A stretch of 36,673 nucleotides of DNA from Octopus bimaculoides (GCF_001194135.2 NC_069002.1:19591356-19628028), one strand, 5' to 3'. Counted from the first letter of the stretch, positions 1-13,494 are shown. Notes: a model not told the origin generated them from the letters alone. Translations and numbers: made by a program.

Positions 1-36
1 CGCTCGGGAATACGGAAAGTCTTTAACGTTTCGAGC
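1..36 (-). mobile_element. Truncated Penelope-like terminal repeat fragment (3' half of a hammerhead)
   Basis: Reverse complement GCTCGAAACGTTAAAGACTTTCCGTATTCCCGAGCG matches the repeat at 36204-36238; the 5' half is replaced by (TA)n. Confidence 0.6.
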
Positions 37-1509
37 TATATATATACATACACACACACATACATACACACATATATATATATGTATTAATATCTGACTA
101 TACACATAAATATGTTACATATATGTTTGCCTAATTATCTGCACTGGTGTTTATGCATATATCCGTATATGTACATGCATGTATGCGTATGTATACACGT
201 ATATATGTATATACTTATGTATATATTTGTGAAATTCAGGTCAGATTATAGATAAATTTTAGTGCTTAAACTTAAAAAAAACTAGATCAAGTAGCAGAAT
301 GTTATAATTGATCTTGGATGTGCTTTAACTATTGACAAATGAAAACATTTAGAATTGATTGCAGAAATTTGCTAGAAGTTATGGAAGTTTAAACGAAATA
401 TAATATCATTAGTACTAATCGTGAAATTTGAAGAATTTTTCTCGGTGATAAATACATGGTATTCTGCTTACTCGTAGACATATGGGAATTTTTTCCCAGC
501 ATAACTGTACAAAGAAATTTACTTAATATATTGTGATTGTAGTAGAAAATAGATAGAACTTCAATTTAATACATACATATTTAGATAATTACATTCCTCA
601 AATTAATAATTATTGAATCATTAAATTACAAATTATCTTGAACGTCGATAACGTTGTTACGTTAATGAATAATTAACAATCAATCAATTAAATCACTCAT
701 AATGTTCCTCACTTGATAACTATTAAAATAGCTACTTCAAATAAAGACAACGTTTACTGAGTGTGGAATTATGAATAATTTCTGAGATGAATGGTTGAGG
801 AAAGAATCATTGAAGACTCGTGGTTGGGTTGCCATAAATTTCTAAGATATGGAAACGATAAATTGTTTAGTTGGAAGGTGATAAAGGAGAAGCAGACAGT
901 GTTGGTCCAGAGAAAAAATATCAAACGATGAAACGGAGTTAATTTTTGCTGTGTAAAGAAATTCACTTAGTCATTCAATGTTAAGGATTGTCTGGGATTG
1001 ATTACCGAAGAGTACTCAAGGATATTCAATCTTCAGAGGTGAGGTAAGTATTTACCTGAACAAGGTAAAAATATTGAGTTCAGAACTTTCTTAAATTTAT
1101 AACAATTAATGAGATAAATGGAGCAGGTTGAAGTTGTAATGATGTAATTTAAATCATAAGGGAAAAAAGGAACAGAAAACTATTTCTCTATTTTTGCTAA
1201 CAGGGAGCCATCCATTCACACAAAATACTTTTAAAATGTGTTGCAGATTATGTGGATATAAGCTAAACAAATTTATGCAAAATGAGAAGACAAACAGTGA
1301 CGTTTCAAAATATATTTGGATTAAAAGTTTCAAAATTAAAAAAATGAGATTCTATAATAAAAACACCAAATCTAAGATCTACATTCAAGTATACGTACAT
1401 ACATACGTACGCATATACATGCGCATATACATACATACATACATACGTACATACATAAGTGCATATATGTATGTATGTATGTATGTGTTGGTAAGCATGT
1501 GCTTACTCC

Positions 1510-1554
<45 letters not shown>

Positions 1555-2454
1555 NNNNNNNNNNNNNNNNNNNNNNNNNNNNNNNNNNNNNNNNNNNNNN
1601 NNNNNNNNNNNNNNNNNNNNNNNNNNNNNNNNNNNNNNNNNNNNNNNNNNNNNNNNNNNNNNNNNNNNNNNNNNNNNNNNNNNNNNNNNNNNNNNNNNNN
1701 NNNNNNNNNNNNNNNNNNNNNNNNNNNNNNNNNNNNNNNNNNNNNNNNNNNNNNNNNNNNNNNNNNNNNNNNNNNNNNNNNNNNNNNNNNNNNNNNNNNN
1801 NNNNNNNNNNNNNNNNNNNNNNNNNNNNNNNNNNNNNNNNNNNNNNNNNNNNNNNNNNNNNNNNNNNNNNNNNNNNNNNNNNNNNNNNNNNNNNNNNNNN
1901 NNNNNNNNNNNNNNNNNNNNNNNNNNNNNNNNNNNNNNNNNNNNNNNNNNNNNNNNNNNNNNNNNNNNNNNNNNNNNNNNNNNNNNNNNNNNNNNNNNNN
2001 NNNNNNNNNNNNNNNNNNNNNNNNNNNNNNNNNNNNNNNNNNNNNNNNNNNNNNNNNNNNNNNNNNNNNNNNNNNNNNNNNNNNNNNNNNNNNNNNNNNN
2101 NNNNNNNNNNNNNNNNNNNNNNNNNNNNNNNNNNNNNNNNNNNNNNNNNNNNNNNNNNNNNNNNNNNNNNNNNNNNNNNNNNNNNNNNNNNNNNNNNNNN
2201 NNNNNNNNNNNNNNNNNNNNNNNNNNNNNNNNNNNNNNNNNNNNNNNNNNNNNNNNNNNNNNNNNNNNNNNNNNNNNNNNNNNNNNNNNNNNNNNNNNNN
2301 NNNNNNNNNNNNNNNNNNNNNNNNNNNNNNNNNNNNNNNNNNNNNNNNNNNNNNNNNNNNNNNNNNNNNNNNNNNNNNNNNNNNNNNNNNNNNNNNNNNN
2401 NNNNNNNNNNNNNNNNNNNNNNNNNNNNNNNNNNNNNNNNNNNNNNNNNNNNNN

Positions 2455-2497
<43 letters not shown>

Positions 2498-2701
2498 CGT
2501 GGTGTCAAGAACACCCAAAAGGAGTCGGGTAACGCTAAGTAAGTGTTATGGATAGATTATGGTTAAGCTCCAGGTTCGATAATGATACGAGTGAGGAGTC
2601 GAACGTGGGTCGTATATTAGCATCCATATATATATAAATTGACAGAATGAAACAAAAAATCCAAGGCTTGAAATAGTTTTCAGAAAATTTATAAAGAAAA
2701 A

Positions 2702-2749
2702 GTCTTACAGCTGTTTCCGGGACATTTCATATATTCCTTCATCAGAGAC
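2702..2749 (-). ncRNA. Type I hammerhead ribozyme motif (Penelope-like minimal type)
   Basis: Minus strand GTCT-CTGATGA-AGGAATATATGAAATGTCCCG-GAAAC-AGCT-GTA-AGAC. Intact core, stem I GTCT/AGAC, stem II GGA/TCC, palindromic helix III ACAGCTGT, cleavage triplet GUA (2706/2705). Confidence 0.75.
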
Positions 2750-3987
2750 GGTGCGAGAAAATGTTTGAGTATTAATTATTAAGTAGATATGAAATACAGA
2801 AGGAAAGAAGTGAGAAACTTAAGGATTTTTTATTTGCAGTTCCACTATTCAAGCAGAATGGTGTATATAAGTGGTGAAGAAGTTTCTTGTACGTGGTGTG
2901 TGAGTTTCAATGGCAGTTATATTTGGTCATTCCAAGCATAAGGCCTTGTAAACAGTGTTGCTCGATGGAGGGATTTCTTGGTGTGAATTAAAATGTGTTG
3001 GTAGCATTAATGGATAGAGGAAGGAGAGATGTGTATGGTTAGAAAGAGGAGAGAGGTCGAATCAAAGACAGGAAGAGAGAATGGGGGGGGGAGAGAAAAG
3101 GAAAAAGCGTGGGAGACAAAAAAAAGAAAACGAAGAAAGAGGGAAAGAAATGAGAGAGGGTGTATTAGCTAGTGGCCAGAATAAAGTGATAGGAGGAGGG
3201 GGTGAGGGAGAGAGAGAGGAAGAGATGAGATGCTAAGGAGTATGAGCTATGTGAGTAGGGGGTGATGTGATAGAGCTGCATTAAGGGATGGGTACAGAAA
3301 ATATAGAGTGAAGGGAAAAGTGGGGTGGTATATAAGTGGGTATTTAGTTTTGGTAGTAAAAATTGAGGTGGAATGAAGAATATAATGAAATATATATATA
3401 TATATATATATATATAACATTACTTCTCAGTAACATATTCACNNNNNNNNNNNNNNNNNNNNNNNNNNNNNNNNNNNNNNNNNNNNNNNNNNNNNNNNNN
3501 NNNNNNNNNNNNNNNNNNNNNNNNNNNNNNNNNNNNNNNNNNNNNNNNNNNNNNNNNNNNNNNNNNNNNNNNNNNNNNNNNNNNNNNNNNNNNNNNNNNN
3601 NNNNNNNNNNNNNNNNNNNNNNNNNNNNNNNNNNNNNNNNNNNNNNNNNNNNNNNNNNNNNNNNNNNNNNNNNNNNNNNNNNNNNNNNNNNNNNNNNNNN
3701 NNNNNNNNNNNNNNNNNNNNNNNNNNNNNNNNNNNNNNNNNNNNNNNNNNNNNNNNNNNNNNNNNNNNNNNNNNNNNNNNNNNNNNNNNNNNNNNNNNNN
3801 NNNNNNNNNNNNNNNNNNNNNNNNNNNNNNNNNNNNNNNNNNNNNNNNNNNNNNNNNNNNNNNNNNNNNNNNNNNNNNNNNNNNNNNNNNNNNNNNNNNN
3901 NNNNNNNNNNNNNNNNNNNNNNNNNNNNNNNNNNNNNNNNNNNNNNNNNNNNNNNNNNNNNNNNNNNNNNNNNNNNNNNNNNNNNNN

Positions 3988-4030
<43 letters not shown>

Positions 4031-6553
4031 CATTACTTCTCAGTCACATATTCACTCGACATTTTCACACCTAAGAGGGCCTAGCTTTCATTTCAAGACT
4101 ACATTGCAGCTGTCTAGAATCATAAACCTCAAGTCGTTGTGTGCAGAAATTCTCTTTGTATATTTTATGCATCTTTCCTTTCGGTTAATAAGTTTTCCGT
4201 TACTCTTTTCCTCTGTCTCCAATGTTTTGTCACTCTTTTCCATCTCATATTTGGTTCTCGTTTCGCAAGAACATAGTAAGATATTACATAACGATAGGGT
4301 CATTGGGAATTTGATACTGGTCGCTCGGTCTTAATCGTCTCCGTATTCGTTAGGTACGGAGGGAATCTTCTTGTTATCCTCAGGCCTCTGATTGATGGTG
4401 CTCTGAAAACAATTTACCTTATTCTAAGCCCTGTTGTTATTTTTCTTCTAAACCCGCCCAGTTTTCTGTCTTTTTTCTCTCCTTCTGTATCTCTGTTTCT
4501 CGTTCTCTCTCTCTCTCACTCTCTATCTTTCTTTCTTTCCGTCTGCCTCTCTCCATGTATTTCCCCAGTGGAGTATCCAAATGTTCTCTATCGCAACACA
4601 CGTTCAGAATTTATGTCTGTTACTCCGCCCCATTAATAACATTTCTTTCGTCACTATACCGACGACAGATCACAGCACATGAATGAAACTATCATTAAGA
4701 TTGTTTTCCCCTTACCAACCTCTCTTGACCTTACAATATTTTAGTTACTTTAGCACACTGTACCTAATCATACGACTTTACAAACATAATGTGGCACGAA
4801 AAGGCCAATGCTCCTGAAGATGACCGTAGTATACGACCCTATATATTGCGACACGGATAATTTGGCAGGTATGTGGTGCATCAATGGTACCTACCATCTT
4901 AACTTACCCTTCCACCTTCGTCAGAAAACACGTTTTTCACATTTCGGACAGAGCTCGATGCAACGGAACTGATATAGACGCCCTTCTCCTACAATCCATT
5001 GTTGGAAAATCCTTTTGGTATGTTATCTTCCTTTTTTTTTTGACTGATTGTATGCGTCTTCCTGAAAGTTTATACATTTCCATTAAAATAGACGACACAA
5101 GACGCTAAAATATTCCATATCACCCATTAGATAATTCATAGTTTAAATTACGGCCAGTGTGACTTCCTCTATCGACTGTTTGTTTTTTAACTGTAGAATC
5201 ATAATACATTTCTGTTAACAATTCAACTTCCCGTTTCTCATAATTATCTATATTGATCGTTATATAATAATTTTGTTAATATTTTTTTTGTATATTTTGA
5301 AATCTATTATCGTATTCTTTGCGCAAAATAGTAATCAGAATATTACTACATTTGTCTTTCACAATTTTGACTTCCGTTTATAATATCAACAACTATCTTT
5401 ATTGCGCCATATGTTTTGATATATTGTTTATAAATAATTGCGTGTCATCTTTCTTTTTGCATTGTATATTATAGAATAAAAATTAATACAGTAAATAAGA
5501 GTAACTTGTCTGGCGCAATTCACCATAAACAGCATAATCACTTAATAAGAATAATATTCTTAGAGGTCAGTAATCTTTTCAAGGGTCGGTTGTTCTACTC
5601 ACACATCTCAGGAAAATTTTATATATTAATATCAGCACCATTTCTTCTATGAGAAATGACTGCTATTCATGGTTGCTTGAATAGTTCAATAAATTAATTT
5701 ATAATTTTTGAATTCATTTAAAAAATGTGTACTTCTTCCACGCTTCTTCAACCGATAAATTAATTGAACGCTTCTCACTTCATTTCTTTGACTTCTCCGT
5801 CCATTCTACGAGCGCTCCATATATACACCGTACGTATGTACATAAATTAATTGATTGTTGTCCATTTTCCACTAATATATATAGGTATATANNNNNNNNN
5901 NNNNNNNNNNNNNNNNNNNNNNNNNNNNNNNNNNNNNNNNNNNNNNNNNNNNNNNNNNNNNNNNNNNNNNNNNNNNNNNNNNNNNNNNNNNNNNNNNNNN
6001 NNNNNNNNNNNNNNNNNNNNNNNNNNNNNNNNNNNNNNNNNNNNNNNNNNNNNNNNNNNNNNNNNNNNNNNNNNNNNNNNNNNNNNNNNNNNNNNNNNNN
6101 NNNNNNNNNNNNNNNNNNNNNNNNNNNNNNNNNNNNNNNNNNNNNNNNNNNNNNNNNNNNNNNNNNNNNNNNNNNNNNNNNNNNNNNNNNNNNNNNNNNN
6201 NNNNNNNNNNNNNNNNNNNNNNNNNNNNNNNNNNNNNNNNNNNNNNNNNNNNNNNNNNNNNNNNNNNNNNNNNNNNNNNNNNNNNNNNNNNNNNNNNNNN
6301 NNNNNNNNNNNNNNNNNNNNNNNNNNNNNNNNNNNNNNNNNNNNNNNNNNNNNNNNNNNNNNNNNNNNNNNNNNNNNNNNNNNNNNNNNNNNNNNNNNNN
6401 NNNNNNNNNNNNNNNNNNNNNNNNNNNNNNNNNNNNNNNNNNNNNNNNNNNNNNNNNNNNNNNNNNNNNNNNNNNNNNNNNNNNNNNNNNNNNNNNNNNN
6501 NNNNNNNNNNNNNNNNNNNNNNNNNNNNNNNNNNNNNNNNNNNNNNNNNNNNN

Positions 6554-6849
6554 CAAGGTTTTTAACTTTTAAATTCGTATATTTAAAAGAGATAGAAACT
6601 TCAAACTCGATATATCCAAGATCGATTTATTTACCACTCTATGTCAACATTTCTGTGCCCAAATGGCTACCATCAGATGGTAGCCATTCCTGAAGAAGTG
6701 CCAAATGTCGAAAATCCAATGGACCAGTCACTGGATAAGTTTGGGCACAGAAATGTTGACATAGAGTGGTAAATAAATCGATCTTGGATATATCGAGTTT
6801 GAAGTTTCTATCTCTTTTAAATATACGAATTTAAAAGTTAAAAACCTTG
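6554..6849. repeat. Perfect inverted repeat, arms 6554-6663 and 6740-6849 (110 bp), 76-nt structured spacer
   Basis: The arms are exact reverse complements on base-by-base reading. The left arm is cut by an N gap. Confidence 0.95.
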
Positions 6850-6989
6850 AAATATAAATATAAACTGTGAGAACAACCCTTCAGGAATCTAATTAATGAT
6901 CCCCTAAGGTAAGTTCCTATGCTATATTGGTAACGGTTGCAACATCCTCTGGAAAATTATATACATATATATATACATATTTATTTATT

Positions 6990-7038
6990 TATTTATGGGT
7001 TTCAGCCAAGTGGCTGTGGTCATGCTGGAGCACCACCG
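6990..7038 (-). mobile_element. SINE family A 3' end fragment
   Basis: tttcagccaagtggctgtggtcatgctggagcaccaccg matches the 3' terminus seen in the longer copies. Confidence 0.6.
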
Positions 7039-7974
7039 TGTTTTTCCGTCTTTATGCTGTGCTCTGTTCACGTTCCTTGCATGGCTCTTCTCCTCCACCT
7101 GATATAGTCCAATCAAGAGTTTTGATGGCACATGTATGTATATATACATGAGTGTGTGTTTGCGTTTGTGATTTTGTGCGTGTTTTTATTGTGGATATAA
7201 GTTAACTGACTGGATAATTACATACGATTGTGTGTGTATATATATACGTAATATGTATCTATGTATCTATGTATGTACATACGTGTGTATATATGTATGT
7301 ATGTACGTTCATTAATGAGAATCAGATATTCACCGTATTGTATACACTTTGCAGTGATCCAGAGGTTTAAACTTGAGCAGGTACCTAAGTAAAGGTAAGG
7401 ATAAGCCAGTTAGGCAGGATAATATACTAAGCATACTGAATATATGAAAAACAATAAATATCTGTTTACATTCATAAAGGCCTGACTTACACAGAGTAGA
7501 AATGATTCCAGAATTAAAGGGGTTGAAGAAAATGACTACATATCCAATAGAGCGAGGATGGGGTGGTAAAGGAAAATAATGAACAAAAAATAAAATAGAG
7601 CAAAATGAAAGGAATTTAAAGAGAATAGTAGATACCAGTGGTGTTCTAGTTTATAGGGGTTGAGGAAAATCTAGTAGTAAATGCTTGTGTCTGTTCTGAC
7701 TAAGGTCAGTGGTTTTAGAGTTATTTTTAGCAGTGGGGTTATGAGTGTGTAGGTAGTCGTGAATGGAACAGATAGTTGAATGATAAATTATTTAGGAGTA
7801 GGAGTTAGAATTAGATATTAGATTTATTAGTTTAATGTTTAAAAATAAATTAATATTTATCTAATAATAAAGTGATGAGTTATGGTCGATAGAAGAGATA
7901 TAGAGAGGTTTGTGTTAATGATCATGGAAGTTTGTATGTGGGTGATATTCGCGTGTGTGTATGTGTGGGGATGA

Positions 7975-8148
7975 ATTGACATTTAGATTTATGAAACAAT
8001 TTAAAAGTGTGAAAGAATCTGTGCATACACGTTGTGAAGAGTTGGTTGTGTTTATTAAGCAATTGTGGTGATTTATGGGTTAACATTTTGAGGGTTTCTT
8101 ATCAAGCACAGTCCACAAATGTAGTGCTGGCCCTGATAAGGGATACCA
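7975..8148 (-). mobile_element. Penelope-like element, GIY-YIG endonuclease C-terminal remnant (non-coding tail probably continues toward about 7400)
   Basis: With one frameshift reads GIPYQGQHYICGLCLI/ETLKMLTHKSPQLLNKHNQLFTTCMHRF, fitting the PLE C-terminal pattern PY..CxLCLxE..LLNxRxE..CxH. Confidence 0.65.
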
Positions 8149-8199
8149 TATATATATATATATATATATATACACAATATATATGTAGTATATTCTTGT

Positions 8200-8412
8200 A
8201 CATTTTTCTTATTCTTCTACTAGTCTCCGTCATTTCAATTCGGCCATGCTGGATCACCGTTTTTAGTCGAAGAAATTGTTCCCAAGACTTCTTTGTAAGT
8301 CTAGTACATATTCTATCGGTGTCTTTTGCCGAACCGCTAATTTACAGGTATGTAAATGCACCAACATCGGTTGTCAAGCACAGGCACACAAATACATACA
8401 TACATACATACA

Positions 8413-8493
<81 letters not shown>

Positions 8494-8647
8494 GACAGGC
8501 TTCCTTGATTTTCCATTTACTAAGTTCACTAAGCTTTGGTCGGCCCGAGGCTATAATAGAAGACACCTGTCCTTGGGACGCAATGGGATTGTACCCGTAA
8601 CCCTGTGGTTGGTAAACAAGTACTTACCACACAGGCACGCCTGTGCC
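8200..8647 (-). mobile_element. tRNA-derived SINE family A, near full length, with internal (TA)n expansion
   Basis: tRNA-like head with degenerate B box, central ctttggtcggcccgaggctata and 3' cttttgccgaaccgctaa. Homologous to 9368-9755, 33405-33800 and 36490-36673; resembles octopus OK/OR-type SINEs (recalled). Confidence 0.85.
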
Positions 8648-9367
8648 TCCATACATACAACATACATATATATATACACATACATACATATACATATATA
8701 TACATATATATGCATATGCATATATATATATATAAATATCTATACAAATATATATATATTATATATATATATNNNNNNNNNNNNNNNNNNNNNNNNNNNN
8801 NNNNNNNNNNNNNNNNNNNNNNNNNNNNNNNNNNNNNNNNNNNNNNNNNNNNNNNNNNNNNNNNNNNNNNNNNNNNNNNNNNNNNNNNNNNNNNNNNNNN
8901 NNNNNNNNNNNNNNNNNNNNNNNNNNNNNNNNNNNNNNNNNNNNNNNNNNNNNNNNNNNNNNNNNNNNNNNNNNNNNNNNNNNNNNNNNNNNNNNNNNNN
9001 NNNNNNNNNNNNNNNNNNNNNNNNNNNNNNNNNNNNNNNNNNNNNNNNNNNNNNNNNNNNNNNNNNNNNNNNNNNNNNNNNNNNNNNNNNNNNNNNNNNN
9101 NNNNNNNNNNNNNNNNNNNNNNNNNNNNNNNNNNNNNNNNNNNNNNNNNNNNNNNNNNNNNNNNNNNNNNNNNNNNNNNNNNNNNNNNNNNNNNNNNNNN
9201 NNNNNNNNNNNNNNNNNNNNNNNNNNNNNNNNNNNNNNNNNNNNNNNNNNNNNNNNNNNNNNNNNNNNNNNNNNNNNNNNNNNNNNNNNNNNNNNNNNNN
9301 NNNNNNNNNNNNNNNNNNNNNNNNNNNNNNNNNNNNNNNNNNNNNNNNNNNNNNNTATATATTCTCA

Positions 9368-9755
9368 TATTCTCTTTTACTCTTTTACCTGTTTTAGTAA
9401 TTTTAGTGTGGCCATGCTGGAGCAACGACTTTAGTCGTTGAAATCGACCCCAGGAGTTATTCTTTGTAAGCCTAGTACTTATTCTATCGGTCTCTTTTGC
9501 CGAGCCGCTAAATTACGGGGACGTAAACACACCAGCGCCGGTATTCAAGTGATGTTGGTGGGGACAAACACAGACGTACAAACACACACATACGTACATA
9601 TGTATACATATATACGATGGGCTTCTTTCAGTTTCTGTCTACGAAATCCACTCACAAAGCTTTGGTCGGCCCGAGGCTATAGTAGAAGTCACTTGCCCAA
9701 GGTGCCACGCGGTGGGACTGAACCCGGAACCATGTGGTTGGTAAGCAAGCTAAAC
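9368..9755 (-). mobile_element. tRNA-derived SINE family A
   Basis: B box GGTTCAGTCCC on the minus strand; same central and 3' blocks as 8200-8647. Confidence 0.9.
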
Positions 9756-10618
9756 TAGTACAGAAACGGATTAAAGGCGAAAATGTTTCCTACTTGTAGC
9801 CGCCCACTCACTTATCAAAGCTTAGCCTTGCAATTTTCACAATGCCTCGTCCTATATCACATTGTGTTGTATTTTACTTATCTTCACTAACAGCCATATT
9901 CAAAGTGTCCATTGATGAAAATGCTATAAACGTAACAAGGGATTTTTATTTATAGAAAAGCTAACTTTGATTAAATATTTTTCAGCTTCCAAAGAACCGA
10001 CGACAAAAGTAATATTTGAATCTCTTGCGCAAACCTTTCCTTTCATTCTTTGTTGTATACAATACTTAACTTCCCCACTATAAATTCAATCACAAACCTT
10101 CCTACAGAACATATTTCTACAAGTTTATCGCTTTCTTATCCTGAACTTCTTTTACGTTTCAATATCTAAAGTATTTGTTATTGCCAGAAAATTAAAACAA
10201 AAACAAAATAAACAATGAAAACTGAAATATTGTTCAAAAACAAGTTTTAACGTTAAAAAGTGGCCAATGGTAAACAATACAATGATGAAAATCTAAGAGA
10301 TTTCTGTAAAAGTTAGAATAACAGAACCTGTAGCAGAACTGCAATAAATTCGTATTAATGCTACTAAAGGAGATGACGTTAGACACTGTCTCAGACCATT
10401 CAAGTGATATGATGGCTAATTATCTAATCAACAGATGTGTTAATTAATAAGATTAGTTCTTCATTAACCAAAGTATTTGTAAAGCAGTATTTTTGGAACT
10501 GCGTGATGGGTGGGCAAAGTACTAAGTAAACAAATTGTTTGTATGACCATAGGAGGCGCTCCGTTGTAAAGACCTTCCCTGTTTGTGCAGCCACGGAAAG
10601 TACATGTTTATTTAATGT

Positions 10619-10727
<109 letters not shown>

Positions 10728-10916
10728 AAGAGCATAGATGCATATATATATAGTTGTATTTGCCAGCATTTCTATTCACGAAGCAACTTTACTGTCAAAC
10801 AGAAGGAACTCAATACCTTCAAGAGAATAAGTTCTGTGCCATGATTATTTTAGGTCACACAATACGGCATACAATTTCGCTACGGCCTTGTCAGTTCACC
10901 TCTTTATGTATGTATG

Positions 10917-10950
<34 letters not shown>

Positions 10951-11258
10951 TGTATATATACACACTCACGTATACATACATGTATCTACACACATGCACA
11001 CACACATACGTTTCTGTGAATATGCATAATCATATAAAATTGTTATTGCCATAACAACGTTCTGGTCTGATAAATATTGTATTGATATATAATAGCAAAC
11101 AATATATTTTTACACACCTACAGAGATAATGGATATTGAATGAGAAATTGAAAATCAATGAGCGTATTCAACTTTTTTTAATAGATTGTTTAATTACCTG
11201 TGATTTGAGACTGACTGCTGTTATGTTTTATCTCGCTATGTAACTTGCAGCCAAAAAC

Positions 11259-11306
11259 TAGATGACTATTGTTTGACCAAGATTTAGATGACTATTGTTT
11301 GACCAA
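11259..11306. repeat. Tandem duplication, 22-bp unit TAGATGACTATTGTTTGACCAA x2 (period 26)
   Basis: Exact copies at 11259-11280 and 11285-11306. Confidence 0.9.
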
Positions 11307-13494
11307 TGTAGTACCACCAAAACAAAAAGTGTTTAAAAGCGAGGACACTGTCCAAATTCTTCACTCAAAATGCAGGATGCCTCTTGTACAAAATCCATCG
11401 GCTGAATGAGAAAACTGTCTCTAATAAACACCCTAAGATAAGCAGGATTAAATTCATTGGCTTATCCTCTATGTTTGTTTTTATTATATCGTGGTGATGT
11501 GATTATGCAACTTGAGAAGACCTGTGTCTATGCTGTAAATATGAAATAGAAATTTTATGAATATTCCGCAGAATAAATGCAACCCCTGAGGAGATCCTTT
11601 AAAGTTGATTTAAACTGAAATAGTTAAAGTTTAAGATACCTTTGCGGACGAAGGACAGAAAAATGGATTTGAAAACCTTTATGGTGGCACTCCACCAAAC
11701 AGGGCTTGAGGACAAAAGATAAATGTAATGGAAGGATATCATGTGGTTAGCATGGAATCTGTTGGATGAGGGGAGCACAAAATTTATTTTACTAGACGAG
11801 GAAGCTAGATTGAGGTGATACAACTGATGTTTAAGGCATTGTTCGATGTTTTGGTGAGTGAATATTGCTACAAATCAACTGGTTGACAATGTTTAGAAAT
11901 ATGTGAATAATGTAATAAAATGTTTGTTAGTTTTTCTAACACACACTTAACTCGTATATCATAGAAGCATTTGTATGGAAAGGGTAGTTTGATTTTCATC
12001 AGTTTTATGTATGAGTGCGTAAATACGTGTATGTTTATGTGTGTGTGTGTGTGCGTGTGTGGAGCAGGACATCCATCCCTAAAATAAGAAATAGTGACAG
12101 TGACAAAAGAACGGGAGAGATTTGCTGAAAGTTATCGTTTAGCCTCTGATCAACTTTGATCTAAGAAATACAGTATCGACTGTCACGACCACTTCGTTTT
12201 GATACTGGTATATATGTTTATGGTATTTAAAGAGTGCTCTGCTTCTATAAGACAGTAAATGTATTTTTAAAGAAGTCGTGCGACCAATGGAGGTTACCCA
12301 TTAACAGGTGATTCAGTAGTGGAAAACTTTGTTTCCACAAAAGCTGCTTCATACACACATTTTCAATTAACTAAGCCTAAAATAAAAATAAAAATAAAAA
12401 AACATGTAAAAATAGTTGTTTCTTCGTTTTATGAAAATCTTTCGGGTCTCCAACTTGTTTTACCTTATATTATCAACCGTCACTTGAATCTTTACGAAGT
12501 AATTGAATTTGGTCCACTTAATTTCCATTGAACATTATTTCCTAGATGGCTCGAGAATGAATGATTTGTTATTGAATTTAGATAGCCAATATTGGAGAAA
12601 TGTCCACAGCACTGTGTGGCATATTCGTTCCTCTATACCAAATACACACACACACACACACGTGCGCGCATGCAGCCTAAAGCTACCCTGTATGCTATAT
12701 GTAAATATGCAAAAGGATACAGCTCCAAGTTTCTGGTTCGCTCCCTAGGTAATATTCTTCGTCTAAATATATAGAAACACTTCTCCCGATACAGAAACAG
12801 AGAGGTTAAAAACGTACACTTTTATAAACGCCTTTCTACGGAAGAAATGTTGCAGTTATTGGACGAGACTGTTTGTCAGAAATAATATAAACTAGTAAAT
12901 TATTGAACGGTATTTGTTACAACAAAACATACGCTAATACAATTTAAGACATCAAGTTGCCTTGACAATAAGCCAGATAAATCTAATAACTGATGCCAAT
13001 CTGATTAAAGATATACAAATATTCTCAGAAAAACTATAGTGACTAATTGAAAGGGTTTGCATCATTGGTTATGTTGTCAAGAGACTACACCTTGTTAAAG
13101 CTATTGAGATGTCTTTCGAGAAAGTACATGCTTATCGCCCCCACCTGTCTCATGACGATTATAGAAACATTGGAAAGAATGCTATATATGTATATATATA
13201 TATATATNNNNNNNNNNTACAGTATATGAGAAAGGGGAAAAGTTTCAGGTTCTGATAAATCTGTAAGGTGTTACACACTTTAGTATGAGACCGTCATACC
13301 ATATAGAGGAAACAACTGTAAGCTAATGAAGTTCAAAAGATAATCGCTTATTGTTTTGTCATCTCTTTTCTTATTACTACTCTGTGTTCGAGTCACGCTC
13401 CGTTAAGAAGTAAACATATATTGAGTTCTACACCAGGTTATTCGTATTTGCAATGCCTACACGAAATATATGTGTGTGTATGTTATACATGTGT

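Noticed and set aside
971-1043. Strong tandem donors (AG|GTGAG and GAG|GTAAGT) after SFNVKDCLGLITEEYSRIFNLQ
   Set aside because: The acceptor is poor and the peptide does not match the expected upstream ERGIC1 exons.
5727-5860. FSVHSTSAP..YVHKL as a possible ERGIC1 exon 6
   Set aside because: It lacks the VPGNFH and SFG motifs and has no suitable splice sites.
6885-6908. 24-nt CAG..GTAAGT microexon-like segment
   Set aside because: No polypyrimidine tract and no ERGIC1 similarity.
9700-9755. tRNA-like sequence with B box
   Set aside because: It is a SINE head and does not form a complete cloverleaf gene.
13251-13323. CTGATAA..GGAAACAACTGTAAG resembling the 2702 hammerhead tail
   Set aside because: The core and stems are not reconstructable.
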